Numbered from the stretch's first letter, positions 44,259-54,362 are shown. The stretch: DNA of 64,000 nt from an uncultured Gammaproteobacteria bacterium (GCA_964640635.1 CAZXFD010000001.1:17273-81272), one strand, 5' to 3'. Notes: generated from the letters alone by a model not told the origin. Translations and numbers: made by a program.

Positions 44259-46652
44259 ATGAAACAACAAAACAAAAAATATGTCTTATGGTTTTCGGAG
44301 CTTACTATAAAAGATGTGCCACTTGTTGGTGGAAAAAATGCATCTCTTGGAGAAATGTATCAAAAATTGGGTTCACATGGCGTTCCAATCCCAAATGGAT
44401 ATGCTGTAACTGCCGATGCATATTGGTATTTCCTAAAACACAATGGAATAAAAGATAAAATCCAAGAAATATTAAAAGGATTAGATACAAATAAAATTAT
44501 TGATTTAAAAAATAGAGCAAAAAAAATTAGGGAGCTTATTTTGAAATCTGAATTTCCAGAAGATTTAAAAAAAGAAATTGTTTCAGCATATAAAGACTTA
44601 GCAAAATTTTATAAAACAGCAGAACTGGGATGCGATGTTGCAGTTAGATCAAGTGCTACAGCAGAGGATGCTGCAGACGCTTCTTTTGCTGGTCAGCAAG
44701 AGTCATATCTAAATATCACAGGAGAGTATGCACTTCTTGAGTCAATAAAAAAGTGTATGGCATCTTTATTTACAGATCGCTCCATTTCATATAGAGCGGA
44801 CAAAAAAATAGGCCATTTGAAAATTGGCCTCTCCGTTGTAGTTCAGAAAATGGTAAGATCAGACCTTGCATCATCTGGTGTAATGTTTTCAGTGGACACT
44901 GAGTCGGGTTTTCCTGATATTGTTGTAATAAACGCTGCATATGGACTAGGAGAGTATGTTGTAAAAGGGGTTGTCACCCCAGATGAATATCATGTTTATA
45001 AACCAACCTTAAAGAAAAAATATAATTCTATTATAGGAAAAGATGTTGGAGAAAAAGCAAAAAAATTAATTTATGCAACTGGAGGAACAAGTAGCACTCA
45101 AAATGTAGACGTTCCAATAGAGGAGAGAATAAAATTTGTATTAAAAGACGATGAAATAATTCAACTTGCAAAATGGGCTGTAATAATTGAAAATCATTAC
45201 AAGAGGCCTATGGATATGGAGTGGGCAAAAGATGGAAAGACAAAAAAATTATTTATTGTTCAAGCAAGGCCAGAGACAGTGACATCTCGGGAAGATAAAA
45301 ATGTTTTGACAGAATATAGTATAAAAGCCAAAGGGAATATAATTTTGAAAGGTGAATCAGTGGGTAAAAAAATTGGCGCAGGTCCAGCACATGTAATAAA
45401 GAATGTTTCAGAGCTTGTAAACTTTAAAAGTGGTGAAGTGCTTGTTGCTGAAATGACAGATCCTGATTGGGAGCCTATTATGAAAAAAGCTAGTGCTATT
45501 GTCACAAATTCTGGTGGAAGAACATGTCACGCAGCTATTGTTTCTCGTGAACTTGGAATACCATGCGTTGTAGGAACGACAACTGGTACTGCAAAATTGA
45601 AAAATGGACAACTTATTACAGTTGATTGTTCTCTTGGAGAAGAAGGTTTTGTTTACGATGGTCGTGTCGCGTTTGAAAGAAAAGATATAAGTTTGAAAAA
45701 TTTGAAATTACCAAAAAACGTTAAGATAATGATGAATGTAGGAAATCCTAGACAGGCATTTCGTGACTGTATGATTCCAAATGATGGAGTGGGCCTTGCA
45801 AGAGAAGAGTTTATTATTTCAAATTATATTAGGGTTCATCCACTTGCACTTCTTGAATTTGAAAAAGTAAAAGACAAAGTCGAGCGTGATGAAATCAAAA
45901 AACTTACAATAAATTACAAGAGTAAAGCGGATTTCTTTATAGAAAAACTTGCTGAAGGAATAGCTCGTATTTCGGCAGCATTTTATCCAAAGGATGTGAT
46001 AGTTCGCTTATCAGATTTCAAATCAAATGAATATGCAAACCTATTGGGTGGAAAATATTTTGAGCCATCAGAGGACAATCCAATGATAGGTTGGCGTGGT
46101 GCATCTCGCTACTACGACCCTAAGTATGAAAAAGCTTTTAGGCTAGAATGCAAAGCTCTGAAAAAAGTAAGAGAAGAAATGGGTCTCAATAATGTAAAAA
46201 TTATGATTCCATTTTGCAGAACTCTAGAAGAAGGACAGAAGGTTATCAAAATCATGGCTAGTGAGGGATTAAAAAGAGGAGTTAATGGGCTAGAGATTTA
46301 TGTGATGTGTGAAATACCTTCGAATGTAATTCTTGCCGAAGAGTTTTGTAAAATTTTTGATGGATTCTCTATTGGTTCAAATGACCTAACACAGCTTACT
46401 CTCGGGGTGGATAGGGACTCAGCGATGCTTTCTCATATTTATGATGAACAAAATGAAGCTGTCAAAACTCTTATAAGAAACGTCATAAAAGTTGCAAAGA
46501 AAAATAAAAGAAAAGTAGGAATATGTGGACAAGCACCATCTGATTTTCCTGAGTTTGCAAAATTCTTGGTCAAAGAGGGGATAGATAGTATGTCACTAGT
46601 GCCAGATTCAGTTGTAAAGACGATTTTAGCTCTTAATAAAAATAAAAAATAA
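44259..46652 (+). CDS. ppsA: Phosphoenolpyruvate synthase
   Basis: VGGKNASLGEM, AVRSSATAED, GGRTCHAAI phospho-His, FSIGSNDLTQ, GICGQ. Confidence 0.97.
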   Translation: MKQQNKKYVLWFSELTIKDVPLVGGKNASLGEMYQKLGSHGVPIPNGYAVTADAYWYFLKHNGIKDKIQEILKGLDTNKIIDLKNRAKKIRELILKSEFPEDLKKEIVSAYKDLAKFYKTAELGCDVAVRSSATAEDAADASFAGQQESYLNITGEYALLESIKKCMASLFTDRSISYRADKKIGHLKIGLSVVVQKMVRSDLASSGVMFSVDTESGFPDIVVINAAYGLGEYVVKGVVTPDEYHVYKPTLKKKYNSIIGKDVGEKAKKLIYATGGTSSTQNVDVPIEERIKFVLKDDEIIQLAKWAVIIENHYKRPMDMEWAKDGKTKKLFIVQARPETVTSREDKNVLTEYSIKAKGNIILKGESVGKKIGAGPAHVIKNVSELVNFKSGEVLVAEMTDPDWEPIMKKASAIVTNSGGRTCHAAIVSRELGIPCVVGTTTGTAKLKNGQLITVDCSLGEEGFVYDGRVAFERKDISLKNLKLPKNVKIMMNVGNPRQAFRDCMIPNDGVGLAREEFIISNYIRVHPLALLEFEKVKDKVERDEIKKLTINYKSKADFFIEKLAEGIARISAAFYPKDVIVRLSDFKSNEYANLLGGKYFEPSEDNPMIGWRGASRYYDPKYEKAFRLECKALKKVREEMGLNNVKIMIPFCRTLEEGQKVIKIMASEGLKRGVNGLEIYVMCEIPSNVILAEEFCKIFDGFSIGSNDLTQLTLGVDRDSAMLSHIYDEQNEAVKTLIRNVIKVAKKNKRKVGICGQAPSDFPEFAKFLVKEGIDSMSLVPDSVVKTILALNKNKK

Positions 46653-46676
46653 TTTTATATAAAAATAGGAGGAATT

Positions 46677-46982
46677 GTGTTAGTGTTAAGTCTTACGGAA
46701 TTTGAACGGAAGAGAGCGTATGATTTAGAGCAGTTGGATTCAATTGGCAAAGAAATTCATTTTAGCAACGATTTAACGGGAGATAATCCATTTAAGCTAA
46801 AAAAACACTGTAATCATAGGGGTGGAGAATGTATTCATGAATTTAATGTATATTTTTCTCAGCACAATGGAAATGTTTATTTTCATAGATGTAATAATTG
46901 TTGTTATTTCATTTGGATTACAGAAGATTATTACAAGGTGGCAAAAGGAATTTATGACGCGGGAGGTACTTATATTGACTAA
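46677..46982 (+). CDS. Orphan Cys/His-rich small protein
   Basis: AGGAGG SD before GTG; HCNH...CIH...CNNCC. Confidence 0.5.
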   Translation: MLVLSLTEFERKRAYDLEQLDSIGKEIHFSNDLTGDNPFKLKKHCNHRGGECIHEFNVYFSQHNGNVYFHRCNNCCYFIWITEDYYKVAKGIYDAGGTYID

Positions 46983-47035
46983 TTGTTAGATTGTGCTAAA
47001 GTTGTTTTTACAAAAAAAGAATATGGAGGTAACCA

Positions 47036-47233
47036 ATGTCAAACAAAGTATTACCAGATGGTCCAAATACTCGTGGTGAGCAAAAGAAGTTTGTAGATCC
47101 ACATCCTACAAATCGTAAGGGTACTCCTCTTGGTGGCCGTGGAAGAGGTAGATGTAAAGGAGGTTCAGAACATAGAAATCGTAGACCGGAGTCTGTTGAT
47201 AGCACAGATACAGATGATGATTCTTGTCAGTAA
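47036..47233 (+). CDS. Orphan basic/disordered small protein in its own transcription unit
   Basis: TTGACT-N16-TAAAGT promoter (46975-47002), GGAGGT SD, terminator at 47253-47279. Confidence 0.6.
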   Translation: MSNKVLPDGPNTRGEQKKFVDPHPTNRKGTPLGGRGRGRCKGGSEHRNRRPESVDSTDTDDDSCQ

Positions 47234-47252
47234 TCATCACAATCAATAATTT

Positions 47253-47279
47253 AAGGAGTCTCCAATGGGACTCCTTTTT
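47253..47279 (+). terminator. Intrinsic terminator
   Basis: aaggagtctc caat gggactcctt + T tract. Confidence 0.75.
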
Positions 47280-47363
47280 GTTTTGATTAGCTTATGAAAT
47301 TGTGAGTCATAAATTTATTTAAATAAGTTGATTATTGTTGATAAAAATTAAAATATTATCCAC

Positions 47364-47538
47364 TTGACGTTTGTTTGTATATATGCTAGGATATTTCGTT
47401 AGGTTGTAATTTGACAATAAAACTTATTTATTGCATATTCTGATTTAATGCTTGAAAAAGCTTATTTCCAGGGTTCATATACGCTCATTTTTTGGCTTTT
47501 ATAAGAAGTAATATGGGCTCATTTGAATCCTGGAAATA
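47364..47538 (+). promoter_or_regulatory. Promoter and structured 5' leader of the five-gene operon
   Basis: TTGACG-N17-TAGGAT; 15-bp stem 47463-47477 / 47524-47538. Confidence 0.55.
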
Positions 47539-47592
47539 TATAAAAATCAGGAAATATAAATAACAAAAATAATCATAACGAGGAGGATTGTT

Positions 47593-48258
47593 ATGAAGTT
47601 CAAAGATATATGGATCAAAAAAGATCCTGATTCTAAGCCACAAGATCAGAAACCACATATTAGTGTTGGTGGAACGAGTGTGCCAGTGGTGCCAGCAACA
47701 CAACAACATTCTTCAATGAGTGTTTCGTTGCCGAATCAGTCTGAAAATGATGGGGTTGATAATGAATTTAATGATGAATTTGAGAATTCTCTAAAAAACA
47801 TTCAGTTACCCCAGGGTTTCGTAGAATTCATCACTTTGATGGATGAACTTGAAGATACTATCACAGATGTTAAGTTGCGAGTAAAGGCGGCGCTTAAGCA
47901 CGCTATCGGCCATGGTATTTCTAAGGAACAGATTATTTCTTTTTTAACAAAAGAATTAACTACCGTTCAGGAAACAGCCAATAATATTAGAAATGATATC
48001 GAATCGCAAGTTGCTGCTAAAATCAAAGAAAGCGCAACAAAAGTCCAATCCTGCCTACAACAGATTGAAGATATTGATAATAAAATTACAGAACTTCAAA
48101 ATCAGAGGGCTCAGCTTGTTTCTCAGAAAGGATCGGCTGAAGCAGAAAATTCGGTTATAAATCAGAAAAAAGATAAGGCTTTATCTAAGCTTCAATCTGC
48201 GCTGAATTTTCAGCATAACGAAATAAATAATCTATTATCCTACGTTCAACAAGCGTAG
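47593..48258 (+). CDS. Soluble coiled-coil protein
   Basis: AGGAGG SD; disordered N-terminus; long heptad-rich C-terminus. Confidence 0.75.
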   Translation: MKFKDIWIKKDPDSKPQDQKPHISVGGTSVPVVPATQQHSSMSVSLPNQSENDGVDNEFNDEFENSLKNIQLPQGFVEFITLMDELEDTITDVKLRVKAALKHAIGHGISKEQIISFLTKELTTVQETANNIRNDIESQVAAKIKESATKVQSCLQQIEDIDNKITELQNQRAQLVSQKGSAEAENSVINQKKDKALSKLQSALNFQHNEINNLLSYVQQA

Positions 48259-48272
48259 GAGGGGAGATAAGG

Positions 48273-49385
48273 ATGGAAACACCAAATTTACCAACACTCA
48301 AATCATCGCTGGATACATTTCTTTCTAAGAAGGAAAAGATTTCGGGCTATCTGTTAACGGGAGGTATAATCATAGCTGCCGTAATCGGATTAAATGCCAT
48401 ACTGCCCTGGTTATCCAATATGCTTGGGAATCTGATAGCAGTTGTTGGAAAGTTAATTACCTTGGGTATAATGGGGATCGCTGCTGCTGGTTTGGTAGTC
48501 ATTGCTCTTTCAGAGCGTACGCATACTTTAGTCAAAATCGCTTTTGCCAGATTGGCTAGAGGTGCCACAATGACTTTTATCAAGTATTCACCGTGGACAA
48601 TTCCTGAAATTTACATAGAGTATATTGATAAGAAGGCGCGAGATATTTATCAAAAAATAACAAACGTACTAGCTATTAATAACTCTATCAAAAAAGCTCA
48701 TGGCAAAAATGTTGAAATTATTGAAAGTAATGATGAAACTTGCAGGTCTTTACAGGAACGATATTTCAAGAATGGTGTTTGGGTAAGTGAAGAACATCAT
48801 AATCTTTTCAGAGAAAAGGCCAGTGATACAGATTTTCGGACTAGATCCAATAAAAATCTTCAAAAACAAATTGACCGGTTGGAGTTTTATTTGACCGTGC
48901 TCAAAAAGTTTGAGCAAGCTTTTAAGTATCGCAGAAATGTTTTGAGAAACTTTTGCGATGCTATCGTGCTTGAATACAATGCAACCAAAGAATCCGCAGA
49001 AGTTACCCGAGAATTAGCTACTCTTTTTGGAACAGATGACATGAAAAAGGTTTTTGACATGTCAGTACAATTTATGCAAGATCGTATGAGCAATTTTGTC
49101 GCAGAGACAGATACCTTTTTCCAGACGAATATGTCTGCTCTCACCGAAATGGATCTTAGCCAAGACGTCGCCGAAGACGCCTATATGAATAGGTTGAAAC
49201 AAATGGGTGATAAGGCTGATCTTTTAATTGAGCAAGCAGATCAGGATCAAAAACTCATTACTTCTGCCGGTTCCGGAAAAGATATGATGAAAATCATCAT
49301 GGAACAAAAGACAGATGGCGTTTATGTTCCCGCTGGTCGTAATACTGGAACATTCGGTAGTAAGAAAAACTACCTTGACATTTAA
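48273..49385 (+). CDS. Two-TM plus long coiled-coil protein (PspA/IM30-like, tentative)
   Basis: Two N-terminal hydrophobic helices followed by an extended helical region; SD present. Confidence 0.7.
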   Translation: METPNLPTLKSSLDTFLSKKEKISGYLLTGGIIIAAVIGLNAILPWLSNMLGNLIAVVGKLITLGIMGIAAAGLVVIALSERTHTLVKIAFARLARGATMTFIKYSPWTIPEIYIEYIDKKARDIYQKITNVLAINNSIKKAHGKNVEIIESNDETCRSLQERYFKNGVWVSEEHHNLFREKASDTDFRTRSNKNLQKQIDRLEFYLTVLKKFEQAFKYRRNVLRNFCDAIVLEYNATKESAEVTRELATLFGTDDMKKVFDMSVQFMQDRMSNFVAETDTFFQTNMSALTEMDLSQDVAEDAYMNRLKQMGDKADLLIEQADQDQKLITSAGSGKDMMKIIMEQKTDGVYVPAGRNTGTFGSKKNYLDI

Positions 49386-49419
49386 ACTCATAACAAATAA
49401 AGAAAAAATAGGAGAAATC

Positions 49420-50964
49420 ATGTTCAAGAATTTAACTACCTTTGCGAAGATATTCATTATTTTCGTTGTTGTGGCTATAGTGGTTACTATTAGCTATTTC
49501 AGTTTTGACAAACTTGCCCCCGAAGGTAATTCTGTCAATACCAGCAAGCTCTCGGAAGATGTGAGACAAGCCGTCAAAGACGGCACTCCGCTTGTCACAA
49601 TATGCTTTAATACCTGGCTCGGATTCTCCGGAGGAATAGCATACAACGGTGGCACAGAGGCTTCCAAAAGTTCCAGATATTTCACTGAACAGGGTATTTT
49701 AGTTCAGTTTAAACTCATGGATGACTTTGAGGCTTCTCGCAACGCCTTTCGTTCCGGTGACATCGATATGATGTGGACTACCGTGGACTCTTACCCTACA
49801 GAGACCGATGGTCTCAAAGAGTTTGAGCCGCAGTTTTTATTTCAGATTGACTGGTCTCGCGGTGGAGATGCCGTTGTCGTAAGACGTGGAATTAACACTG
49901 TTAATGAGTTGCGTGGTAAGAAAATTGCTTGCGCACTCGGAGCGCCTAGTCATAGTTTGATAATTAACACCCTAGAAGCCGCAGGAATTCCATATAATGC
50001 AGTTGAAATAATTGCAATGCCAACAGCTATTCAAGCCGCCGATGCTTTTAAAGCTGGTCAAGTTGATGCTGCTGTGGTTTGGGCTCCGGATGATGACGTG
50101 TGCGTCGAAGCTGTTCCTGGATCCAAAAAACTTTTCACTACCAAAGAAGCCACGAACATTATTGCGGATGGTTTCTATGCAAAGAAAAGGTGGGCACTGG
50201 ACAACAAAGACACTGTTGTCAAGGTTGCTGCCGGTTTCATGGTCGGTAATGCAGAGATAAATACTGATCCCTCCGCAAAGCAGAGGGCAGTTGAAGTTAT
50301 GTCGGTCGCTCTTGGTCAAAAGGCAGATTTTTGCCTTAGTGGCATAAATAATGTCCGTTTGTCTACGGTCGGGGATAATATGAATTTTCTTGGTCTTGGT
50401 AGCGGATATACAGGAATCACTGCTGAAGCGCTTTACAGACGAATGGCAACTGCGTATCAGCAAGTTGATTATTTAAAAAGCGCGCCTCCAAGTTGGAATC
50501 AAGTTTATGACAAATCTATTATTCCAGCTGTTGCACAAAAAATTCCACCTACTGGAAGTCAAGCACCGGAAAGCGGAGCTGAATTTAGACGATTAAGTAA
50601 TTCTGCTGATTTGGATGTCCGAGCTTCTAAAGATATGACTGTGAATTTCAGTCCCGGTTCATCATATTTGGATGATAATGCTAAACAGCTTATAGACGTA
50701 GGCTTTGCCCCAGTAGCTCAACAATTTGCACAGATGCACATTCGTGTATCTGGGCATACGAGTACAGATGGAAGCCGCGATGTAAATGTTAGGCTTTCCA
50801 GAAGTCGTGCGCAAGCAGTCGTCGACTATCTTGTTCAGCAGTATGGATTTAGTCCGAATAGGTTTATTGTAGCCGGTTATGGACCTGATCATCCAATCGC
50901 AACAAACGATACAGAAGAAGGTCGCGCCAAAAACAGGCGGACTCAATTCGAACTCGTAGAATAA
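49420..50964 (+). CDS. ABC substrate-binding protein (NMT1/SsuA-like) fused to an OmpA C-terminal domain
   Basis: AGGAG SD before ATG 49420; TM anchor; 'DWSRGGDAVV...LRGKKIA'; 'GHTSTDGS...LSRSRAQAV..YL...GYG...GRAKNRR'. Confidence 0.88.
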   Translation: MFKNLTTFAKIFIIFVVVAIVVTISYFSFDKLAPEGNSVNTSKLSEDVRQAVKDGTPLVTICFNTWLGFSGGIAYNGGTEASKSSRYFTEQGILVQFKLMDDFEASRNAFRSGDIDMMWTTVDSYPTETDGLKEFEPQFLFQIDWSRGGDAVVVRRGINTVNELRGKKIACALGAPSHSLIINTLEAAGIPYNAVEIIAMPTAIQAADAFKAGQVDAAVVWAPDDDVCVEAVPGSKKLFTTKEATNIIADGFYAKKRWALDNKDTVVKVAAGFMVGNAEINTDPSAKQRAVEVMSVALGQKADFCLSGINNVRLSTVGDNMNFLGLGSGYTGITAEALYRRMATAYQQVDYLKSAPPSWNQVYDKSIIPAVAQKIPPTGSQAPESGAEFRRLSNSADLDVRASKDMTVNFSPGSSYLDDNAKQLIDVGFAPVAQQFAQMHIRVSGHTSTDGSRDVNVRLSRSRAQAVVDYLVQQYGFSPNRFIVAGYGPDHPIATNDTEEGRAKNRRTQFELVE

Positions 50965-50976
50965 GAAAATAATTCC

Positions 50977-51010
50977 GGAGTGGACAGACGAATGTCTGCC
51001 CACTCCTTTT
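50977..51010 (+). terminator. Intra-operon hairpin/attenuator after the binding-protein gene
   Basis: ggagtggacagac gaat gtctgcccactcc tttt. Confidence 0.7.
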
Positions 51011-51037
51011 ATTTCTAACTCAAAAAAAGGAGAGTTT

Positions 51038-51835
51038 ATGTTCAGTCAGCTTTTCCAACTCCGCGGATCTTTAAGCAAAAAAGTATCAGGTTTGTGTGAA
51101 TTTATAGGTATCTTGGTAATACTCATTATTTGGACAGTAGTGTCAGAAATGGGTGTTGTTCCCAAGGGAATACTTCCCTCACCCATCAAGATTCTTCAAT
51201 CACTTCCGGAACTCCATTTTGAAGATGCGCTTGTGAGAAATTTATTTTACTCATTTAAGCTCAATTTGTTTGGTGGAATGGAAGCAGTAGCACTTGCTAT
51301 ACCACTTGGTTTTTTAATAGGTCTTGTGCCTGTTTTAAAGGCAATTTTTGGTAGATATATAGAAGCGATTCGATTTTTGCCACTTACAGCGACCATTGGT
51401 TTATTTATTGTAGCTTTTGGACTTGATACAAACATGAAAGTTCAATTTCTTGCCTTTGCGATATTTATTTATTTAGTACCGCAAGTCAAAAGAAGAGTTG
51501 AAGAAGTAGAGGATGTGTATGTTCAAACAGCTCAAACAATAGGTGCTAATGCCTGGCAAAAAATTAGAATAGTATTTGTTCCAGCGGTTTTTGCAAGGGT
51601 TTATAATGATATTGTAAATCTTATAGCTTTGTCATGGACCTATGTAATCGTAGCAGAAATGGTAAACACATCTGGCGGTGGCATAGGATCTCTTACATTT
51701 ATTTGTTTCCGACAAGGAAGAATTGACAAGGTCTATGCAATTTTGATAGTGATTATTCTCTTCGGAATATTACAGGATTTTGTCATGAAGTTGTTGGGAA
51801 AAGTTTTATTCTCTTATTACAAAGAGGGGTGCTAA
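51038..51835 (+). CDS. ABC transporter permease (SsuC/TauC-like)
   Basis: 'LPSP', EAA-like loop 'QTAQTIGA', 'WTYVIVAEM', 'GIG'. Confidence 0.9.
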   Translation: MFSQLFQLRGSLSKKVSGLCEFIGILVILIIWTVVSEMGVVPKGILPSPIKILQSLPELHFEDALVRNLFYSFKLNLFGGMEAVALAIPLGFLIGLVPVLKAIFGRYIEAIRFLPLTATIGLFIVAFGLDTNMKVQFLAFAIFIYLVPQVKRRVEEVEDVYVQTAQTIGANAWQKIRIVFVPAVFARVYNDIVNLIALSWTYVIVAEMVNTSGGGIGSLTFICFRQGRIDKVYAILIVIILFGILQDFVMKLLGKVLFSYYKEGC

Positions 51836-51836
51836 C

Positions 51837-52700
51837 ATGGGAGCAATTCAACAAGTAACAATGTTTCACGACCCAAGTGGTAAAATGCCGGATCACATTT
51901 CTTTTATTGATAATCCTGCTTGGCCCAATATCATTGAGTTCAAGAAGATAAGTCAGTATTATCCTGGCAGAAAAGACCCCGTGATTCTTGATTTGGATTT
52001 GATCATTGAGGATAAACCAGGTGAGGGTCAGTTTGTGGTAATACTTGGACCATCTGGGTGTGGAAAGTCAACCTTGCTTCGCTATGCATGCAAACTACAA
52101 AACCCAACATCTGGCGAAGTTTTGTTAAATGGCCGTATTATCAATCACAATGATCATATCAATATGGTTTTCCAGAATTACTCTTCCTTTTGGTGGTATA
52201 CGGTGCTTGAAAATGTCATGCTCCCGCTTCTTATTCAAGGTATCTCAAGAAAAGAAGCTAAAGAAAGAGCAATGGATATTATCAATAAGGTTGGTCTTTC
52301 CGGTCATGAAAACAAGTGGGCTATATACCCCGCTTTATCAGGAGGACAGCTGCAGCGAGTAGCCATTGCAAGGTCTCTCATCACAAATCCCAAGATTCTT
52401 CTTATGGATGAGCCATATGGAGCGCTTGATATTGTGACAAGGTTTAAAATGCAAGAGCTTATTTCCCATATCTATGACACAACAGATAATATTACCATTA
52501 TCTTTGTGACTCATGATATTGAGGAAGCAGTTTTCCTCGCAGACGACATTTATGTCATGGATGCAAATCCGGGACGTATAGTCCAAAGGTTTCATCCAAA
52601 TCTTCCCTCGGTAAGAACCTGGGAAACCAAGGATGATCTAGTATTCATTCAATCCGTTCACGAAGTTCGCAACTTCATGCGTTCTTTTGAACGCAAATAA
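51837..52700 (+). CDS. ABC transporter ATP-binding protein (SsuB/TauB-like)
   Basis: GPSGCGKS, LSGGQ, LLMDEP, VTHD. Confidence 0.94.
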   Translation: MGAIQQVTMFHDPSGKMPDHISFIDNPAWPNIIEFKKISQYYPGRKDPVILDLDLIIEDKPGEGQFVVILGPSGCGKSTLLRYACKLQNPTSGEVLLNGRIINHNDHINMVFQNYSSFWWYTVLENVMLPLLIQGISRKEAKERAMDIINKVGLSGHENKWAIYPALSGGQLQRVAIARSLITNPKILLMDEPYGALDIVTRFKMQELISHIYDTTDNITIIFVTHDIEEAVFLADDIYVMDANPGRIVQRFHPNLPSVRTWETKDDLVFIQSVHEVRNFMRSFERK

Positions 52701-52713
52701 TTAATCAATCAAT

Positions 52714-52806
52714 AGACCCAAATCTCACGTAATACAACGAAGAGATCTGGGTCTTATTTTTTTATATAAAAAATAAACAGGCTGAGAATTTCTCAACCTG
52801 TTTTTT
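52714..52806. terminator. Two convergent terminators
   Basis: agacccaaatctc...gagatctgggtct+T tract; aaacaggctgaga...tctcaacctgttt. Confidence 0.7.
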
Positions 52807-52818
52807 ATTTGAACAACT

Positions 52819-53358
52819 TTATTTTCTAAAAGTTCTTGCGGCATATATTCCGCCAATAAATCCAAAGAAATGTCCCGTCCAACTAATACCTTGTTGAGTA
52901 TGTATTAGCATTAATAATGTGGTTCCATAGGAAATTGCTACGACAATAGAAATGAAGATTGCTAATATATCATGTCTGTATATTCCTATGAAAAGTAAAT
53001 AACCTATTAGCCCAAAGATTAATCCACTTGCGCCAATGTGAATTGAATTAGCTCCAAATACCCAGACACCAAAGCCACCTACAATTATGATTATTATTAT
53101 TGCACCTATTGCTAGTTTTCTATTGTATGAATATGTAATTCCTAGCAGGATAAATAGTGCAATACTATTTGCAATTATGTGACCTAAATTGGCATGTAAA
53201 AAAGGTGTAAATGCTATTCCTATTAATCCATGGATATTTCTTGGAATTATTCCAAAACTCCTTAAGTCAATCGGTAATATTGTGTCTATTATATAGATAG
53301 TCCATATAATTACCAGCCACCGAAAAGCTGCTACAAAGCCATTTATAATGTTTTTCAC
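52819..53358 (-). CDS. Rhomboid family intramembrane serine protease
   Basis: H...H..N ('FLHANLGHIIAN'), GASG, 'SWTGHFFGFIGG'. Confidence 0.9.
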   Translation of the reverse strand: MKNIINGFVAAFRWLVIIWTIYIIDTILPIDLRSFGIIPRNIHGLIGIAFTPFLHANLGHIIANSIALFILLGITYSYNRKLAIGAIIIIIIVGGFGVWVFGANSIHIGASGLIFGLIGYLLFIGIYRHDILAIFISIVVAISYGTTLLMLIHTQQGISWTGHFFGFIGGIYAARTFRK

Positions 53359-53459
53359 ACATCCTCCTTAATTTTTGAAATTCATGTTAATTTAACATAT
53401 AACATATATTTTGTAAATAGCTAGTCAATGATATAAATAATAAAAAAGACTGACATTTG

Positions 53460-54116
53460 TCAGCCTTGATTAAGTTTTACTAGTAGTTTATATCCTAGAA
53501 TATACATAAATCCATCAGATGTGTATTCCTGTAATAGATTCCATGGAACAAATCTAATATTGGTAGATTTAGAATTCTCTAAATGGGGTTTGAATTTGTA
53601 GAGGTTTTTATCCAAAGGATCTTTTTCTACGTCTTCAATAGGTATCTCAGCAGAGTAACAACTAAGGCCTTCATTTTTTTTGGCATTTGTTATAAAGACC
53701 GCTCTATTGGTATTTACTACCAAACCAGGGAGTTCTTCTAGTTGGACTGTTAGTCCAGTTTCTTCTTCTGTTTCACGTTGTACGGCAGAATGTTTGTTTT
53801 TGTCTGTTGGATCAAAGAATCCACCTATTGCACAATAGTTTTCTCCACTCATGTTTACCCGATTTTCTTTTAGTAGAGAAATGTATAACAATTCATCACT
53901 GTCTTTAAAATATAAGATAGATATTTCTCCACCCCCACCATTTTCATGAAAAAACAAACAGTCATATCCTTTCGGATGTTCTCCATAAATAACCTTTCCA
54001 AAGTTAGGATTGGATAATTCCATGAATACAACATTTTTTATTTCCTCATTATTTATTTTCAAGATCCAGTCACGATGCAAAGAGTTGCTAATTTTTTTTA
54101 ATATATGAAAACTCAT
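53460..54116 (-). CDS. NUDIX hydrolase
   Basis: GG...A.QRETEEETGL Nudix box. Confidence 0.8.
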   Translation of the reverse strand: MSFHILKKISNSLHRDWILKINNEEIKNVVFMELSNPNFGKVIYGEHPKGYDCLFFHENGGGGEISILYFKDSDELLYISLLKENRVNMSGENYCAIGGFFDPTDKNKHSAVQRETEEETGLTVQLEELPGLVVNTNRAVFITNAKKNEGLSCYSAEIPIEDVEKDPLDKNLYKFKPHLENSKSTNIRFVPWNLLQEYTSDGFMYILGYKLLVKLNQG

Positions 54117-54272
54117 TTATTCCTCCCAGATTTTTATATTTCATATTAAATTATCACAAAATAAGTATTGTGTCAAATTTATAATATCGGATATTATAAG
54201 CATAGAATATCTAAATAGGGGGGTGGTAATTATGTGGTTTTCTATGATAATATAAATATACATAAAGTTATT

Positions 54273-54322
54273 GGAAGGTTCGCCTATCCCGCAAGGCGGG
54301 ACCCCGTCATGCGGTGGGTGGC
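54273..54322 (+). pseudogene. Duplicated tRNA-Ser 5' fragment interrupted by a palindromic insert
   Basis: ggaaggttcgccta + 31-nt insert + gtggc matches the first 19 nt of the tRNA. Confidence 0.65.
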
Positions 54323-54362
54323 TTAATCTATAATTTTGTAATATGGGCAGTATATTTATTTA

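Noticed and set aside
47356-47364. DnaA-box-like TTATCCACT
   Set aside because: Single 8/9 match with no cluster; expected by chance
49315-49419. Longer 549-aa start for the binding protein
   Set aside because: Overlaps the upstream gene by 71 nt; ATG 49420 has an SD and directly precedes the TM anchor
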